Positions 46,707 to 48,719 of a stretch of 48,719 nt of DNA are shown here, piece after piece. Position 1 is the first letter of the stretch. Each line of letters begins with the position of its first letter. Made by a program: the position numbers and the translations under genes. The notes below the pieces were generated by a model. It was not told where the DNA came from. It saw only the letters and a list, made by a program, of their open reading frames with translations, and did no database searches. Origin of the DNA: a virus (lineage: Duplodnaviria; Caudoviricetes); IMG/VR virus record IMGVR_UViG_3300027819_000018, positions 1 to 48,719 of that record; one strand, 5' to 3'.

Positions 46707-47191
46707 CCGCCCCCGCCTGGCAGGATTTACGGGGCACGCTTCCGGGCCCGGAAACCTACGCCTCGCGCGAGCTATCGGACATCGAGCGCATAGTCATCCA
46801 TCACGTCGGGGCGGGCATCAACCGCGACTTCACGGCGCAGGAGCTGGCCGAGTATCACGTCAACTCGCAGAAGTGGCCCGGCATCGGATACCATTTCCTG
46901 GCCCATCCGGATGGACGGCTAGACTACGTGGGGGATATTACCACCGTGCGCTATCACGTGGGTCTCATCAATGGTTCGAGCGTCGGGGTCTGTCTGGCCG
47001 GGGATTTCACCAGCGAGGAACCGACCCTGCCGATGCTGGCCGTCGTCAGGGGGCTCAAGCAGTGGCTCAATGGCGCACTCGGGCGCGAGGTGCCTGTGGT
47101 CGGGCATCGTGACGTGTGGGAGTTGACCGGGCGCGGGTTGACCTCGTGCCCCGGTGATACCTTCGAAGAGTGGCGCGGAGTAATAGGATAG
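46694..47191 (+). CDS. N-acetylmuramoyl-L-alanine amidase (Amidase_2), probably reached by -1 frameshift
   Basis: IVIHH, IGYHF, YHV, SVGVCLAGDF, VVGHRD, TSCPG; no plausible own start; slippery C CCT TTA at 46694-46700. Confidence 0.85.
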   Translation, partial: PFSVTAPAWQDLRGTLPGPETYASRELSDIERIVIHHVGAGINRDFTAQELAEYHVNSQKWPGIGYHFLAHPDGRLDYVGDITTVRYHVGLINGSSVGVCLAGDFTSEEPTLPMLAVVRGLKQWLNGALGREVPVVGHRDVWELTGRGLTSCPGDTFEEWRGVIG

Positions 47192-47248
47192 CTTCTTCCT
47201 CCTTTCCCTGGGGCTGCTGGCTTCACCGCGGCAGTCCGTAAACATTGC

Positions 47249-47279
47249 AAAGGCCGCATCGTAAGGTGCGGCCTTTTCT
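47249..47279. terminator. Bidirectional intrinsic terminator
   Basis: AAAGGCCGCATC-GTAA-GGTGCGGCCTTT between convergent operons. Confidence 0.85.
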
Positions 47280-47286
47280 CTCTCCC

Positions 47287-47556
47287 CTAAAACGGCACTT
47301 CATCCGGCCCTTCGTACGGCCTGGCTTCCGCTTCCCGAGCCTGCGTCATCGCCAAGCTCCTCCGCCGCGCGCGCAGATCAGGACAGCCGAGCCGCGCCCA
47401 CCAGGTGCGCCAGGCCTCCGTGCCGACCGGCGCGTCGGGGTGGGTCATCTCGTAGACCGCCTGGGCCGCTTCCTCCAGGAGCATAGAGCGATAGGTCTTG
47501 TCGTCGTACCACCGGCGCTGGGTCCCGCTCGGGGTGCCAACTACAGTATAGCTCAT
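47287..47556 (-). CDS. Hypothetical protein ending in acidic DEVPF tip
   Basis: ATGA-coupled to the upstream gene on the minus strand. Confidence 0.6.
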   Translation of the reverse strand: MSYTVVGTPSGTQRRWYDDKTYRSMLLEEAAQAVYEMTHPDAPVGTEAWRTWWARLGCPDLRARRRSLAMTQAREAEARPYEGPDEVPF

Positions 47557-47984
47557 CGGAGCACCCAACTCTCGAGCCTTTCGGCCAGGGCTATCACCTC
47601 GTCTGGATTGGCTCGGCCCGTGCTGCCGGCAATGATAGCGGTCGAAGTATTCAGGCAAGCCAACCGGGTTATCCTCAGGTCCTTGGCATCGACTTGGCTC
47701 ATTATAGCCTCTGTACGGGGCTCTGGTGCAGCCTCTGGCTGGGCTTCCTGAGCTCCCGGCTGCGCTTCCCCGCCAGCGACCGGCAGACCGGCGACGCTGC
47801 GGACAAAGTTGCTGTTATCCACCTTCACCCGGACGTGCTCCCCGACGCGGGGGACAAACACGTCGGCAGGCTTGGCGTACTTGCTCAAATTCAGCCAGTC
47901 TGCCACGTTGTGCAGCTTGAATCCGTTGCCATTGGCCGCGGTGACTCGGCCTTCGAGGAAGGTTGCCGTGACGGTGTTAGCCAT
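47553..47984 (-). CDS. Putative OB-fold ssDNA-binding/annealing protein
   Basis: Beta-rich N-domain, P/A/E/Q linker, C-terminal DLRITRLACL...AERLESWV helices; GGAGGT RBS. Confidence 0.5.
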   Translation of the reverse strand: MANTVTATFLEGRVTAANGNGFKLHNVADWLNLSKYAKPADVFVPRVGEHVRVKVDNSNFVRSVAGLPVAGGEAQPGAQEAQPEAAPEPRTEAIMSQVDAKDLRITRLACLNTSTAIIAGSTGRANPDEVIALAERLESWVLR

Positions 47985-48169
47985 TAGAGCACCTCCCGGC
48001 CAAGCCTGGCTACTGGGCAATCATCGGCGTGGGCTGGGGCCTCTCGGTCCTGGCTGACCTGACAGAGCCGGCAGTATGTGTAGCCATCGCCGTCATTGTA
48101 GAGCACGGCCTTGCTGATGGCTACCACGTCTTCGAGGGTGATGGTTGCGGTTCTCTGGAGCGTTTGCAT
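47984..48169 (-). CDS. Hypothetical protein (C..C...H...C)
   Basis: AAGGAG RBS; YCRLC...HADDCPV. Confidence 0.55.
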   Translation of the reverse strand: MQTLQRTATITLEDVVAISKAVLYNDGDGYTYCRLCQVSQDREAPAHADDCPVARLGREVL

Positions 48170-48186
48170 AGCGAGTTCTCCTTCTC

Positions 48187-48215
48187 TTGCTTTGCGCTTG
48201 GAGCCCCGCTATAAT
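48187..48215 (+). promoter_or_regulatory. Rightward promoter within the leftward operon leader
   Basis: TTGCTT-N17-TATAAT; -10 flanked by AGCCCCGC/GCGGGGCT inverted repeat. Confidence 0.6.
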
Positions 48216-48221
48216 CAAATT

Positions 48222-48296
48222 TGCGGGGCTTCCTGGAATGGGTTGCTCTTGCATTTGCGCCGCGGTGTTGGTAGCACTGCGGCGCGTTTGTTTTCT
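48222..48296 (+). ncRNA. Putative ~75-nt antisense sRNA
   Basis: Between the promoter and terminator GCGCCGCGGTGTT-GGT-AGCACTGCGGCGC-GTTTGTTTT; no ORF. Confidence 0.45.
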
Positions 48297-48308
48297 CCTT
48301 TCGAGAGT

Positions 48309-48337
48309 ATCTTACTACTTCTTGCGCTTATTGTCAA
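48309..48337 (-). promoter_or_regulatory. Leftward sigma70 promoter
   Basis: Minus strand TTGACA-N17-TAAGAT; overlapped by TCTTACTA and TGCGCTTA direct repeats. Confidence 0.7.
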
Positions 48338-48398
48338 TACTTTTCTTACTATTTTTCAAAAGTTCGTGCGCTTACATATATTGTTTGTGTATTTCTTG

Positions 48399-48407
48399 TG
48401 GTATAAT
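48399..48407 (+). promoter_or_regulatory. Extended -10 promoter of the HTH gene
   Basis: TG-G-TATAAT 35 bp upstream of ATG 48442. Confidence 0.6.
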
Positions 48408-48441
48408 CCAGTCAAACAACCATCAAGCAAGGTGAGGGAGA

Positions 48442-48630
48442 ATGACAGAAGACGAACTGCTTACAGTGCCAGAGGTAGCACGGCGTTTGCGAGTAGGAGA
48501 TGAGACAGTCCGTCGATGGATTCGGCAAGGACGGATTCAAGGAATGAGACTCGGTGGCACAAAGGCTGGTTATCGAGTGCCGGCAAGTGAAGTCGAACGA
48601 TTCTTGAGGGTAGCGCAGAGGATTAACTGA
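48442..48630 (+). CDS. Excisionase-family HTH DNA-binding protein (HTH_17)
   Basis: LLTVPEVARRLRV..ETVRRWIRQGRI.G......YRVP.SEV. Confidence 0.9.
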   Translation: MTEDELLTVPEVARRLRVGDETVRRWIRQGRIQGMRLGGTKAGYRVPASEVERFLRVAQRIN

Positions 48631-48719
48631 AGCGAGTTACCCTACCTCACCCACACCCGCTGCATCTCTAGTGCAACGCGGTCTTGTGAACTCCGGACGG
48701 TTCAAGGTCTACGCGCCGG

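Larger units (their letters stand above)
1..48719. mobile_element. Tailed bacteriophage genome (siphovirus-like, HK97-fold capsid), near complete
   Basis: Terminase, portal, protease, capsid, neck, tail tube, chaperone, tape measure, hub, holin and endolysin in canonical order, plus a replication module; no host housekeeping flanks. Confidence 0.95.

Noticed and set aside
48631-48719. Terminal repeat, circular junction or tRNA/att site at the right end
   Set aside because: Only a 3-nt overlap with the left end; no cloverleaf recognisable

Overview
This window looks like a near-complete ~48.7 kb tailed-phage genome (siphovirus-like, HK97-fold head). A holin and amidase without spanins suggest a monoderm host; Chloroflexota is only a guess. 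Gene order: divergent HTH switch, DUF559 nuclease, DnaG-primase/MCM-helicase fusion, putative origin, resolvase, DNA methyltransferase and many small ORFs. Then come a nonulosonic (pseudaminic-like) acid biosynthesis cluster (PseB, two methyltransferases, Gfo/Idh/MocA oxidoreductase, SpsF/PseF cytidylyltransferase, class III aminotransferase, PseI), two ParB-like genes, packaging, head, neck, tail and lysis modules, and a short leftward operon. The most notable candidate system: the sugar pathway is paired with a CstII/GT42/Maf-like transferase embedded in the head operon between Ser/Thr-rich structural genes, suggesting the phage decorates its own virion with a sialic-acid-like sugar. Other highlights are a lysis locus apparently using an internal start plus a -1 frameshift, a Met-rich protease/scaffold insert, Com-associated tandem repeats overlapping a terminator, and a putative antisense sRNA. 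No integrase, CI-type repressor, tRNA or CRISPR array was seen. All calls come from motif recognition by eye; no database searches were run.
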